The translations under genes were made by a program, and so were the position numbers. Under the pieces are notes generated by a model. That model was not told the DNA's origin. It saw nothing but the letters and a program-made list of their open reading frames with translations, and did no database searches. Positions 1-11,900 of a DNA stretch of 64,000 nucleotides are shown piece after piece. Within the stretch, counting starts at the first letter, position 1. The number at the start of each line of letters is the position of its first letter. The stretch is from Phoronis australis (Eukaryota > Animalia > Phoronida): assembly GCA_002633005.1 (NCBI GenBank), contig NMRA01000833.1:1747-65746 (forward strand), read 5' to 3'.

Positions 1-99
1 ACGACTTAGCTACTAAACTCAAATTAAGAGACCTACTTGTTTATGGTCCACAGCGTTTGCGCGCGAAACCTACTTCTTTTTGTAATGCTTATTACACGT

Positions 100-587
100 T
101 TTGTGCCATCAATTCTTAACAAATTTGTCGTATTTAAAATAGCCTTAAAATGCCCAAAAGACCAAATCCGTTTTTCGTGTTGGCAATAATGACCGGGGAT
201 TGCTTTGGAAATCGTCTTAACATAAGGTTTGACAAAGAGAGTATTGCGAGTTTCTGAGTGATTCACTAAGGCTTCTATTAAAATTCCCATCTNAACTGAG
301 TCGTAGTGCGCAGCGCCACTGCCGATCGCCTGGGATATCGCAGGAGAGCACTTAGCCATAGTTCGTTACGAATGCGCCGTGTTCCGAATCTGGCACTTGA
401 AATTGGATTTGAGCCCCCCCCCCCAACACTAAAACTGCACACATTTAAATCTTTTTTCATCCGTATACTTTTAATTACCGGGGTTAATTAATAAACTCAA
501 CATTTCCCTACGCTCTTACTGTTTTTTTTGCGGCAGCCAAGGGGGGGGGGCCCGGGCCCTCTGGGCCCCCCCCTAAATCCGCCTATG
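100..587. mobile_element. Partial non-autonomous DNA transposon (MITE), right end
   Basis: 103-203 is nearly repeated at 1832-1930. It ends in a G/C-run palindrome plus CCCCCTAAATCCGCCT (about 541-584), the same terminus seen at 2590-2609. Confidence 0.6.
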
Positions 588-1708
588 TGAATACATGTAT
601 GAATCTCAACGGAGACGAACATTGTTCCAAACAATGTTTGTTCTTAAAAACTCGCCAAACAAACAATTTGTTTATGAGGTCAAATTCAACAGTAAGTTAG
701 CACCGGACATGCAAAATTGGCCTTGTTGAATAAGCGTCGGGTTTTGAATAAACGTCGGTGTGGAATAAGCGCCGGGTAAAACATAAGCGTCCGCGACACT
801 GTGGTACGCTTATCGACGTGAGATGGATTTTTGTCACGTTAATGCCATTTTATTCCCGTCATAGCTCGCTGGTTCCCTGCGTGCCCCTAAGTGGTAAGTA
901 GCCAGCACGCGCTGGCTAGGCACGTGGGGAATCAGCGAACCCTTGATAGCTCGCTGGTTCCCGCGTGCTTAGCCAATAGTAGCCAGCACGCAGGTATCAC
1001 GCAGTGGCACGCGCTTTAGCTTTGGTCGATGTAACCTTGGCAGTCATTGGTTAGCTTTACAACAACGTGAAAAAATGGCGGGCTGTGAACAATTTTTAGC
1101 CTTGTCATGCAAGTGGCGACGCAGAAACTATTTCGTTTCTGCAGTGATGTTTAATAGTCGCGTGCTTGAAGCACATACATGTACAATAAACACATATCTG
1201 GCCGATTTAACCGGTGTGCTATTCATACTGTATGAATACAGGACACTATCGTAAACAAAAGTCATCGACAGTAGAAAGATGCATCCCGAAAAGGCGCAAT
1301 TACAATTTCTAGGCTTCACATTTCCTGAACATAAATTTTAAGCACCCGATTTGTCTGCACAACAGACCCCATTTACACTTCAGTCCATCAGTCATACCAG
1401 TTTGTTTGCGTAATTCGCTACCCGTTGAGAATTTGACTAGCCAATCAGAAACGCCGATTTAAAAAAAATTTACCGAGGAAAATTAGTGATACCTGCGTGC
1501 GCAGAATGTTGAATGTTGGCCAAATCCCCTTTTGTCCACTGACGTCGCAATCAGCCCCCAGTGGAGGCCCTGAGAACTTAAGTAAACCGAGTTCATGAAC
1601 TCGGAAGTATCCAGCCCAGCAACGGCGGAGCCAAGCTGGCGAACAGACTTGTAGTTATTGTGGGACGTTGAGTATCGTGTTTTTTCTAAAAACATAATGC
1701 ATGGTATA

Positions 1709-2611
1709 CAGTGGCGGATCTAGGATATCACAAGGGGGGGCACAACATTTTGTCCGGCTGGAAGCATTTGCGCAAACTGAACCACGATTGTAGATGTGCA
1801 TAGCACCGAATGGAGGGAGGTCGGGAGGGGGGTGCCATCAATTCTTAACAAATTTGTCGTATTTGAAACAGTCTTCAAATGCCCAAAAGACCAAATCCAT
1901 TTTTCGTGTTGGCAATAATGACGGGATTGCCTATTAACATTCAAAATAATTTGCCTACGGTGGAGTCAGACCTCTCTGAGAATCATTCTACCAACGAAAA
2001 TGGCCCACCAACACCACCCATCGTTGCAAGCAGTGATAGGCCCTATTATGTCACCCGTTCCGGCCGTCAAGTGAAAACTCCTGAACGCTTTCTAGAATAA
2101 GTGTTTTAGACATAGTAACATCATTACACTCAGGGGTTGTAGGATGCTTCTGTTTGCTGTAAGCAAGCATTGATGTACTTTAGTATTAACCTTTGTTTTC
2201 TATAAGCTTTATCATTTTTTTNNNNNNNNNNNNNNNNNNNNNNNNNNNNNNNNNNNNNNNNNNNNNNNNNNNNNNNNNNNNNNNNNNNNNNNNNNNNNNN
2301 NNNNNNNNNNNNNNNNNNNNNNNNNNNNNNNNNNNNNNNNNNNNNNNNNNNNNNNNNNNNNNNNNNNNNNNNNNNNNNNNNNNNNNNNNNNNNNNNNNNN
2401 NNNNNNNNNNNNNNNNNNNNNNNNNNNNNNNNNNNNNNNNNNNNNNNNNNNNNNNNNNNNNNNNNNNNNNNNNNNNNNNNNNNNNNNNNNNNNNNNNNNN
2501 NNNNNNNNNNNNNNNNNNNNNNNNNNNNNNNNNNNNNNNNNNNNNNNNNNNNNNNNNNNNNNNNNNNNNNNNNNNNNNNNNNNNCCTGGCCCCCCCCTAA
2601 ATCCGCCTGTG
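1709..2611. mobile_element. MITE copy with GGCGGATYTAG termini, spanning an N-gap
   Basis: Left CAGTGGCGGATCTAG (1709) is complementary to right CTAAATCCGCCTGTG (2597-2611). The interior shares about 100 bp with 103-203. Confidence 0.5.
1945..2100 (+). mobile_element. Ty3/Gypsy pol C-terminal tail fragment
   Basis: Ser/Pro-rich linker ending PYYVTRSGRQVKTPERFLE*. TRSGRxVKxPxR is the usual post-integrase tail of K02A2.6-like Gypsy elements. Confidence 0.6.
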
Positions 2612-3075
2612 GATACACTGTAGAGGAAATATGCAGATCATTTGAACTTTCAGTAAATTATGTCCTGTCCTGGTACGCAAATAGATCAGCTCTATTAGCC
2701 ACATTTGTCAGTGTGGTATGATTTACATTTTTCGGCTACATCAGAAAGAACGCATCATGTTCACGTTTTCATTTCTTTTCTCCGAAACGGTGCCTACCCC
2801 CTGCGAGTCTCCTTTTTAGAAATTCTCAATCTAAGATGTCAAATCCCTGCAAAAGTTCTTCCAAACCCAAAAAGTGCTCAGGCTATTTTTTACTTTTACT
2901 AGCTCTTGATTTTACTCGAACACACAAAGGTGCAATGTTTGAGATTCCTGAGAACACATTCACGCCGACTCGCGTGCGTCGGCTTGAATCCTTTTACACC
3001 TTTCTTTCTCAAAAGCCTCCTGCATTAATGGTGCACTTTAAGACCCCACTCATCAATGTTGCATTATCTTTTAAG

Positions 3076-3198
3076 ACGTGTGGGTAGTACCCTGCGAGTC
3101 AGGAGGTGCGTCATGCAAATCCCACGCCACCTGTGATAAACCGACCAAAACGTGCAAATGTGACAAAGGATACATAGAGCACCAGGACAAGTGTGAAG
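3076..3198 (+). CDS. Gene A exon, EB/EGF-like module 1
   Basis: ttttaag|AC...GAAG|gtgcgt, 123 nt; [41 protein letters not shown]. Confidence 0.9.
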
Positions 3199-5912
3199 GT
3201 GCGTTGAAAAAAGCTTCTTTTGCTGATACTGTAGCTAACACGACAAGTAACTCTAACCCCATCGCAGCACTGGGTACAGTAGTGAAAATAGGGACGTCGT
3301 TAAGATGAAACACCCTATTGAAGTCTAGGGCTAGTAATTAATAACAGCGGCAATATCAGTAACAACATTGATACTGTCATCTATTTGCAGCATTGGCGGT
3401 ATTAATTGTACCATAGTACATCTGTTATAAGCAACACTGTGCCGCTACTTGTGGAAGTAACAAGCAATTCAAGTAACATTACAGTATTACTAGTACATCT
3501 GTTATAAGCAATACTGTTCCACTAATTTTGGAAGTACCAAGCACTTCAATTAACATTACAATATTATTTAGTACAAAAGTATATCTGTTATAAGCAATAC
3601 TGTGCCACTACTTGCGGAAGTACCAAGCACTTCAAGTAACATTACAGTATTAATAGTACAATAGTACATCTGGTATAAGCAATAATGCACCGCTACTTGT
3701 GGAAGTAGCAAGCACCTCAAGTAGCATTACATTAAAAGGACATTAGACCAAGACTAGGACGATTCAAATTTGAATGTTTTTATTTTTTAATTTGTAATTC
3801 TTACCTTTGTAAATTATTTCGTGCAGAGGTTGGTAAAGTTGCGTGCGAGTCTGGAGGAACGCTATGCCCGTCAAACTCTGAGTGTGACCTGGCAAGCAAA
3901 AAATGCAAATGTAGTGCAGGATATGTGCACTATCAAGGCAAATGCCAAGGTAGGCTACTTTCTATTAACTAGCAGAGACAAACTTGGGCTGCCGCAGTAC
4001 ACATTTGGAAAGAACTTTCTCCAGGTTATATAATACCTGAATATACATTTACGTACACACACCTGTACGTATAAATCGGGTATGAACCTGTAACTAGGCA
4101 CGAGGGTGCTTAACTTTCTCCAGGCTATATAATATCTGAATATACATGTACGTACACACACCTGTATGTATAAATCGGGTATGATCCTGTAACTAGGCAC
4201 GAAGGTGCTTAACTTCGGTATCTCTGGACTGCCCAAAACACATTCAGTAGACATTTTGGAAAAAGATGCAAAAGTGAACATTTCAGTAATTAGTTATCTA
4301 TGTGTTAGCATTTAGCCATTGGACCGGTCATATTTGAATGAATTACCGAGGCACAACCACTTGAGTTTCTTCAAACGTGATCAACATGGCATCTGTACTT
4401 CTAAAATAGTGAACTTATTCCATGTCAATTTTAGTCGTCGCCTACATATGTGCGAATGATTTGTAACTGTTCCGTTCATGACTGAAGGATGCAAACTTAC
4501 TGGTGCAATCTTGACGTGTCCTAGAGTATGCTAATATCAGTAGCACCAGAGAAGAATGTTTCCATCCATCGCACCAAATCTCAACTCTCAAATACAAATA
4601 ATGTACGTACATTTTTGGTTGGCAGACGCGAAGTTTGTGCGAGGATTGCATCTTAATGTCTTTATCACTGCTGTTAGGCTATGGCCCCATTTAGTGAATT
4701 TGTTGCTCAAAACAGAGACTTACGTATACTACTGAATGTTTTAATCACAGTTTATTTAAAATGTTGTATAACTGGTCACTGTGGTCATTGCAGAAATAAA
4801 TAAAGTTCCTTGTGCTTCGGGCGGAACACTGTGTCCAACAAACGCTGTCTGCAATAAGAAAACGAAGTCTTGTAAATGTAAAGTGGGATATATTGACTTC
4901 CAAGGCAAATGCCAAGGTAGGGTTATCAGTGTTTCGTTAACTCTGTTGTTTGTAAGAAATGATGATTTGGACGACTTATTGAAGCGATGAGTTAAGCACA
5001 AATTCCTGCATGTTACTGCAGGTCGTCAAGCTCAATACAAGCTTGCACACCTCGAATAAAGCAACATCTGCAGTTACTGAAAAATATCAGAGCTCCAACT
5101 ACAATTTCGAATGGAATTAAACGGTACGCCATTTAGTTGAACAGTGATTGGACTTAAAGAGTTTAAGATAAAGTTAAATGCCAATAAACCACATTTATTA
5201 CATAACGTATGAACATTATTTTTTCGTTAAAACGAGGTTTGAGCTGTGTGAAGTGTTATTTACTGATACCCAATCAGCCTGTTTTTGTCCAAGCCGGCAT
5301 ATTCAATCGACACCTAAAGTGACATAAATCGACAGAACTCTGTCATACTTTGACAAGTTTGGAAAATATCTTGCCAGAACTATCTTTAAAATGTGACAAT
5401 AAAGTAGCGTTTTTGTAGAATTTTGTCGAAGTTTATGAGACGTTAGTGTACCAAACAGCGAATTTTTATGCGTCGAGATATTTAATTGTTGGTAATTGTC
5501 ACTCCGTCTGCTTAATCGACTGCAGCAATTGTTCTCAAGAGATTGGCCATTGTCGGAGTGAATTGCATGTACGACAACAGTCTGATATCATGGTCCCGTG
5601 CACCAGCTATGTCGGATATTGCTAGACTATAGACAGAGATCGTGTAACTTCGTACTATAGTTGACATAACAGCCACAGGGTTCGCATACCAAAGTCAGTC
5701 GTTACACGAATGCTCAAAACAAAAACAGCACAGCGGTTCAGCACGGTAGTGAGCTATTCTAAGTCATATTCCTGAGTTGTATAAGGTCTGTGTTTTGTTA
5801 AATATGTGATCTGACATGAATTTGTTGTTTGTTTATAATTCTAAGAGGACCATGATGGATATTAGCCTTTGGCTAAAGCATGTTTTACAATTATTGTCCT
5901 CTTTAAATAAAG

Positions 5913-5984
<72 letters not shown>

Positions 5985-8900
5985 TACTTGGGTTTTAATT
6001 ATTTCAAATGGATCTGCTCCAGCGTTGGTCATGTACTGTTATGATTTGTTTACTTTCTTGAGGCTGACCTGTCCCCTGTAATCTATCCACACACGTTCTT
6101 AACAGGATGACACAGTGTTCACAGAAACATCCCAGAGCCAAATAACCATTTTCTAATATTGCAAAATTGTGATGAATTTCGTATGATTTCCATTTGTTAA
6201 CCTTAGTGAATCACTAAAACAATCTTTACAACTGTTGTTAAGATTGTTTTCGTTAGTCACTTAGTTCAGTTGCACCACATTACTGTCCAGGTGATACAAG
6301 CATCAAAAAGTCCATTCAAACAATGGTATCAACAACCATGTTTTGTACTGGACTTAAGAAAGCAAAACTAGTTCTGTACACAACTGAAAATGGCCTTGAT
6401 CACATTTGTTTTAGGTCAAAACAGAAGTACCACCTTTATTTACGTAGGCGCTAATTTTAAAGTTCGTGTAAATGACTTTATTATGACGTAGATGTGCTAC
6501 ACAGTGAAAAGTTTGTTTAGCAAACTGTTGCACGGTTGCGTACATTTTACTTTCAGAAATTTCTTGAAACAGTACATGTTACCACTCGGAATGGGCAACT
6601 TAAAAACTCCGGAAGTTAGTCTTCCAAATTTTTATCTCTGATTAGATCAGCACGTACTAGGTTCACAAGCCCAGCACAGAAAATCAACTAGTTATCAACT
6701 GATTCTGAGCTTTACACTGGAATACTGGTACTCAAAATTTTGAAAACTTTTAAGTCTCCGTATTGCTCGCTCCAAATTGAATCTTACTTTGGAAATGCGC
6801 CATGTTTTTGTCAGACCTGTTTTACTAAGGTGTGACTTGCCTTTGGTGAAAGCTGGTATATTTAACTTAACTCGTCTTGGAAACAAGGGTTCATCAATAG
6901 TAAAACCTCTATCTGCCATAACTTTGTCTTTGGGTAAAAGGTATTTCAGAAATCCAGATTTTTGAACAATGTATTTGTCATTTGTCACTACCCTTGCCTC
7001 CAAAATGTTTTATATACGTACACATGGTGTACCCATTTTTGGTGCAATTGCAACCATATACTTTACAGTATTGTGTGATTTGTACTGGCTTTATGTTTCA
7101 CCCCCTATCAATGATTTCAAATCAGCTGATCTGTTACCAAATACAAAACACAAGCAGGCACACTAGCTCAGAAGGTTGGTTTTACAGGCAAGCTGTACTG
7201 ACTCCAGTGTTTAGTGTAGCATGCCTGTAATGGCGTGACCTCAATATGGCGCTCCCCAGGAATTCGGCAGTTTCGGCAATGGAATATGTCTATTTTTATA
7301 GTGGTTAGACACCTCTGAGCAATTATGACACAGGATTGGTCTCAGAAATAACAACAAGTAACTTGGTAACGGAAGCTACCCCTACCTACTAATGTCGGTT
7401 GATTTCTTGATTTCGTGTCGATTTCAGATGGAGTGTCAGTGTCTGCAGTGCGCAACAGCAATGCGGCACATACTTATATCAGGTAGCTTTCCAAATAAGG
7501 AATTGAAGACTTTAACCAAGAAAGGATAATGCATCAAGTAGAGGCACGCTTTGTAGGAACATAGACCATTGTTTAATCAAGAGTTAATCGTTTATGGTTG
7601 GTGTATTTCAGCTATTGCAACTGTCCCTTGTGCGTCTGGTGGCACCAAGTGTTCAGAGAATGCATTCTGTGACACCAGTAGTAAAGTATGTAGATGTGCA
7701 CCAGGTTACGTGTTGTTCCAAGGGAAATGCCAAGGTGAGTTCACTTGAACATCTTATGGCAAGGTCTGATGGAAAAAAAAGTTCGAGTGTGATCAGAAAG
7801 CAAGGCCGCCGGTTAGAATGAACGTTCAAAAGGCTTTAAGAAGATATTTTAGTTTATTTGGGACCCTTGGGAAATGCTTAATTGTTGGGTAATTTTGGAA
7901 CATCGTATTTCAACATTGGCTGATGGGATTCATATGTATCTTACTATTAGTACGTAGTGTTATAAAAGTGCTGTTTGGAATTGTTTTTAAAATGTTCCAC
8001 CTTTGTAGTCAGGCTCTCTAAAAGAAGTGACTTGCATGATTTTCATGAAAGTACTCTTAGAAAATGAAATGATATTTTAGAAGACTTAAACAACATTCTT
8101 ATATTTCACTTTGAACATTTATGTAAAATGAAATTTGATCTGGTTATGGATACCGTTGTTTTGTACCTATATTTAACTTAATTTCAAATTACACCCATTT
8201 AGTGATATATTGATACAAAGTATACAGCCGAATTCCAAAAGCTTTTACATTCAGTAAATAAATGATACTTTTAGTAGGTTAACATCTCTAGATATTTTGT
8301 TAAACACGCGGAACTGTCAATAATGTCCTAAGGTACTCACATAGTCGCTTACAATAAATAAATAAATGCTTCGTCATGTACACTTTATGGTGAGTCATCA
8401 GCGCCTCTGTTTCATGCCATTTCCTTTTCCCTTCATCATATATTTTAGTGTCTGTAATCAGTGTTTGAACTTGACCTTGCAAGATGATTTCATATCAGTT
8501 AGAATCGCAAAATTTCGGCTATAACAAAACCTCTCACTATGAACTTTAATTTAGGATTAGTATGCAAGCTTATTTGAGAGAACATCTGTAGAAAGTTAAG
8601 CTTAAATCATACTAATTCTTTTTTAAGCAAAAGGCACAGTTCCATGTGAATCTGGAGGAACAAAATGTCCGACCAACTCATACTGTGATGTCTCTCAACA
8701 AGTATGCAGATGTCTTGCGGCTTATATCAAATATGAAGGCGAATGCCAAGGTATTGTATGTGGTTTTTTGTCTATTATGGCTTGAGTTATTTTGGTTATA
8801 CGTGTGGTTTTGTAAGCAACAGGCAGGTTTTAGATGTAGACGTCTAGAAAGACACTGTATTGACAGATGGGACAATTAACGTACTTGTTGCGTTCGGGTG

Positions 8901-11900
8901 ATAAGCCATATTGTGCTTTTATATAATTACAGTGTGTCAACCGTTGGTTTCTTGATTTTGTAAATGGGTGAATTTCGGAACCTGGAGAACCTCAAGTTCA
9001 GACGTAATCGCAACAATTAAAGTATGCTAAAGAACGTTATTTCATCATGATTACACTTTTCTCTACCACTTAGTCTTGCCTGTTTCTTTGTTATGTTTAC
9101 ATGTATGTGTAAACTGAATATGTTCAGTGCTTGTACATTGTTATGTTTACATGTATGTGTATACTGAATATGTTCAGTGCTTGTACATTGTTATGTTTAC
9201 ATGTATGTGTATACTGAATATGTTCAGTGCTTGTACATTGTTATGTTTACATGTATGTGTATACTGAATATGTTCAGTGCTTGTACATTGTTTTGCACCT
9301 GATTCCTTCATCTGGGAGTAGAGCACAGACAAACTTTTACTCACTCTGAGTGAATTTCTCTAAATGGCTGCGCTTGTCTTGTGCATTGGTCCCGCTATAG
9401 CCATATCAACAGGTTAAGACATGTAATGGTTTGCAAGCAGCTAGTCATCACCAAGGAACGTTGAACCATCTGGACAAGTGCGCGTGCGCTTATGTCTTGT
9501 CCTCGTGCCGGATATGCTTCATGCATTCTCAAATAGACCGCTGTCAGTTTCTTCTAGTTATTTAACGGAACGTGTTTTGGATCTTGGTTCGAACCAGGCT
9601 CAGTCGCTTCACTGACAGTCACTCTAGCTATTTCATTAAATTTTACCTTTGTCAAAATCAAACTGATATGCATTGTTGCCCACACATGTATATACAGTTG
9701 CATATTGCCGTTATCTCTGTCTGTCCGGGTGTCTGGCGACCGCAGCTGTATCTCCTAAACCCCTCACAGGATCTCAGTGAAATTTATCAGATGTACTCCA
9801 ATGAAGCTAACGACAGATGACGATTTTAGGATTTCTATGAAATGTGGCACTTAAGCATAGGACGGATTTGAGGTATTTTGCCTGACCTAGTCGTCATTTT
9901 TATTGTTTTTGAGTATATTTTTGGCCGTCATTCCTTCAGTGTCAACCAAACCAAACTCATGATGATTGTGAAAACTAACATATATGCTAGTGTGAAGATG
10001 ACGTTGGACGATGACTTTCCGACGACATTGACTACTGTGGCGCCTGCCTCCTAGTGGCAGTTTTTTTGCACCCCCCACGTAGCTCTATATTCTAAACCCT
10101 TTGCGATATCTTTATTCAATTTTAGCAAGTGTACTGATATGAAGTTGATAAAGGCTGGTGACGACTTCCTGGCGGATCCGACGAAGGCTGTGCCACCTTG
10201 TGACAATTTCATTTTTTCGTTTTCCTCCATCTCTCTGAAGTTCACTGACGGATTTTTGTAAAAAATATTCAATAGCTTTGAAACCTATTAACTTTGAAAT
10301 TTTCTCGTTTTTGCAAGAATTCAATGTATTATGCACCATCTAGTTGCCATTTTTACTGCTTTCTAGTCTGTTTTTGACGTCCGGCCTTTTATCAACCAAA
10401 CCACTCTAAGGATGAAAACTGACGTTTATGTTTCTCCTGTGAAGAGGAGGGCTCATGATGATTTTCGGACCACTCAGACTTCCGTGGCTCCTAGTGCCAG
10501 TGTTTTGCATTTATGCCTTTATTTGCCAAACCCTGTACATGATCTTTATCAAACTTGAAAGTGCATTTATAGGACGTTGACAACCGACAAAGACATTTGG
10601 ATGGAACCTACTACCGCTGGGCTCACCTAGTGACATTTTTTTCGTTGTCCTCTGTATCATTGAAACTCATTTTCAGATTTTTGAGGAATAAAACAAATAG
10701 GCTTCTGTTAAGGAGACGACAAGGCCTTCTCATTTTGGGTGGATTTGATGTGTTCTGCACCAGTCTGTAGCCATTTTAACATTTTTGTGTACTTTTTTGA
10801 CATCACCCTCATTATTAAAATTTGGAGACGTATTTGTGATGAGAAGACTGAGTCTGACCCCCCTAGTGGCAATTTTATTTTTTTGTACACGGCTGTATCT
10901 CCTTACCCTTTGTAAGGTCATCCTGAAATTTAGCTTATGTGCTCTTGAGCGGATGGCAACTGATGACGGCCAGTTTCAGACCTACCCAACTACAACTGTG
11001 CTCCATAGTTGCAATTTTATTTTTTTACTTTTGCCTCTGTAACTTCAGATTTCCTTTATGTATTTTCATGAATTTGAGCAAAGAAGTTCTATAATGAAGA
11101 CGACAGATCTTTCCTTTCTGTGATGCAGTCAACGTATTGTGCACCACGTAGTGGCCATTTTAATCATTTAGTCTGTTTTATTTCTTCTGCTTCTTCATCA
11201 AAAACTGTACATCCTAAACCCCTTGCAAGATGTTTGTGACATTTTGCCGTTTTATTCATATTAACTTGACAGGTGTGCATTTGACTATTCCTGTGGTCCC
11301 TGATGGTAGTTTGCTTTTTTACTTTTGCCTTATTAGTTCGTACATGTATCTGTGGAGCTCTTTGATTATTTCCACAACATTTGGCAAATGATTATAAAAG
11401 ACGACAACACCTTCCCTATCTTGGATGGGTTAAATGTATTCTGAGCCATCCAGTTGCCATTTTTAAGATAAACACCTCTAGAAGCACACTGGTTGCAGTG
11501 GATTTTGTAGGCGCATTTCAACGCTCCAGATTGCTCTAGTTTGAACTTGCTATTCAACAAAATTCAGAAAGCATGCATGCTTTGTTTACCACTGGAAAGC
11601 AGAATTAGTTTTACACGAAGGTCGACTGCTATATCACTGTGAGTGACAATATGTTTGTACATTTTAGAGCGTTCTAAAGTACCTTGCGAGTCCGGTGGTA
11701 CACGGTGTCCTGCCAATTCATTCTGTAACACTGCTAAAAAAACTTGCCACTGCAACTGGGGTTACATCTTATTTCAAGGCCACTGTCAAGGTAACATATG
11801 AAAATAACAAAGTTCCAGTTTTGTTGTTGACAACGCTAGTTGCTTTTTGCTGAATTGAAAACGGTTTACTAATAAACTCTCCGAGTTGATTTGAGGATTT

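Noticed and set aside
2130-2618. Long ORFs at 2130-2618, 12617-13733 and 22643-23004
   Set aside because: They are open only because they run through N-gaps.
5816-5998. Poly-tyrosine ORF
   Set aside because: It is the translation of a (TAT)23 microsatellite at a LINE-like tail.
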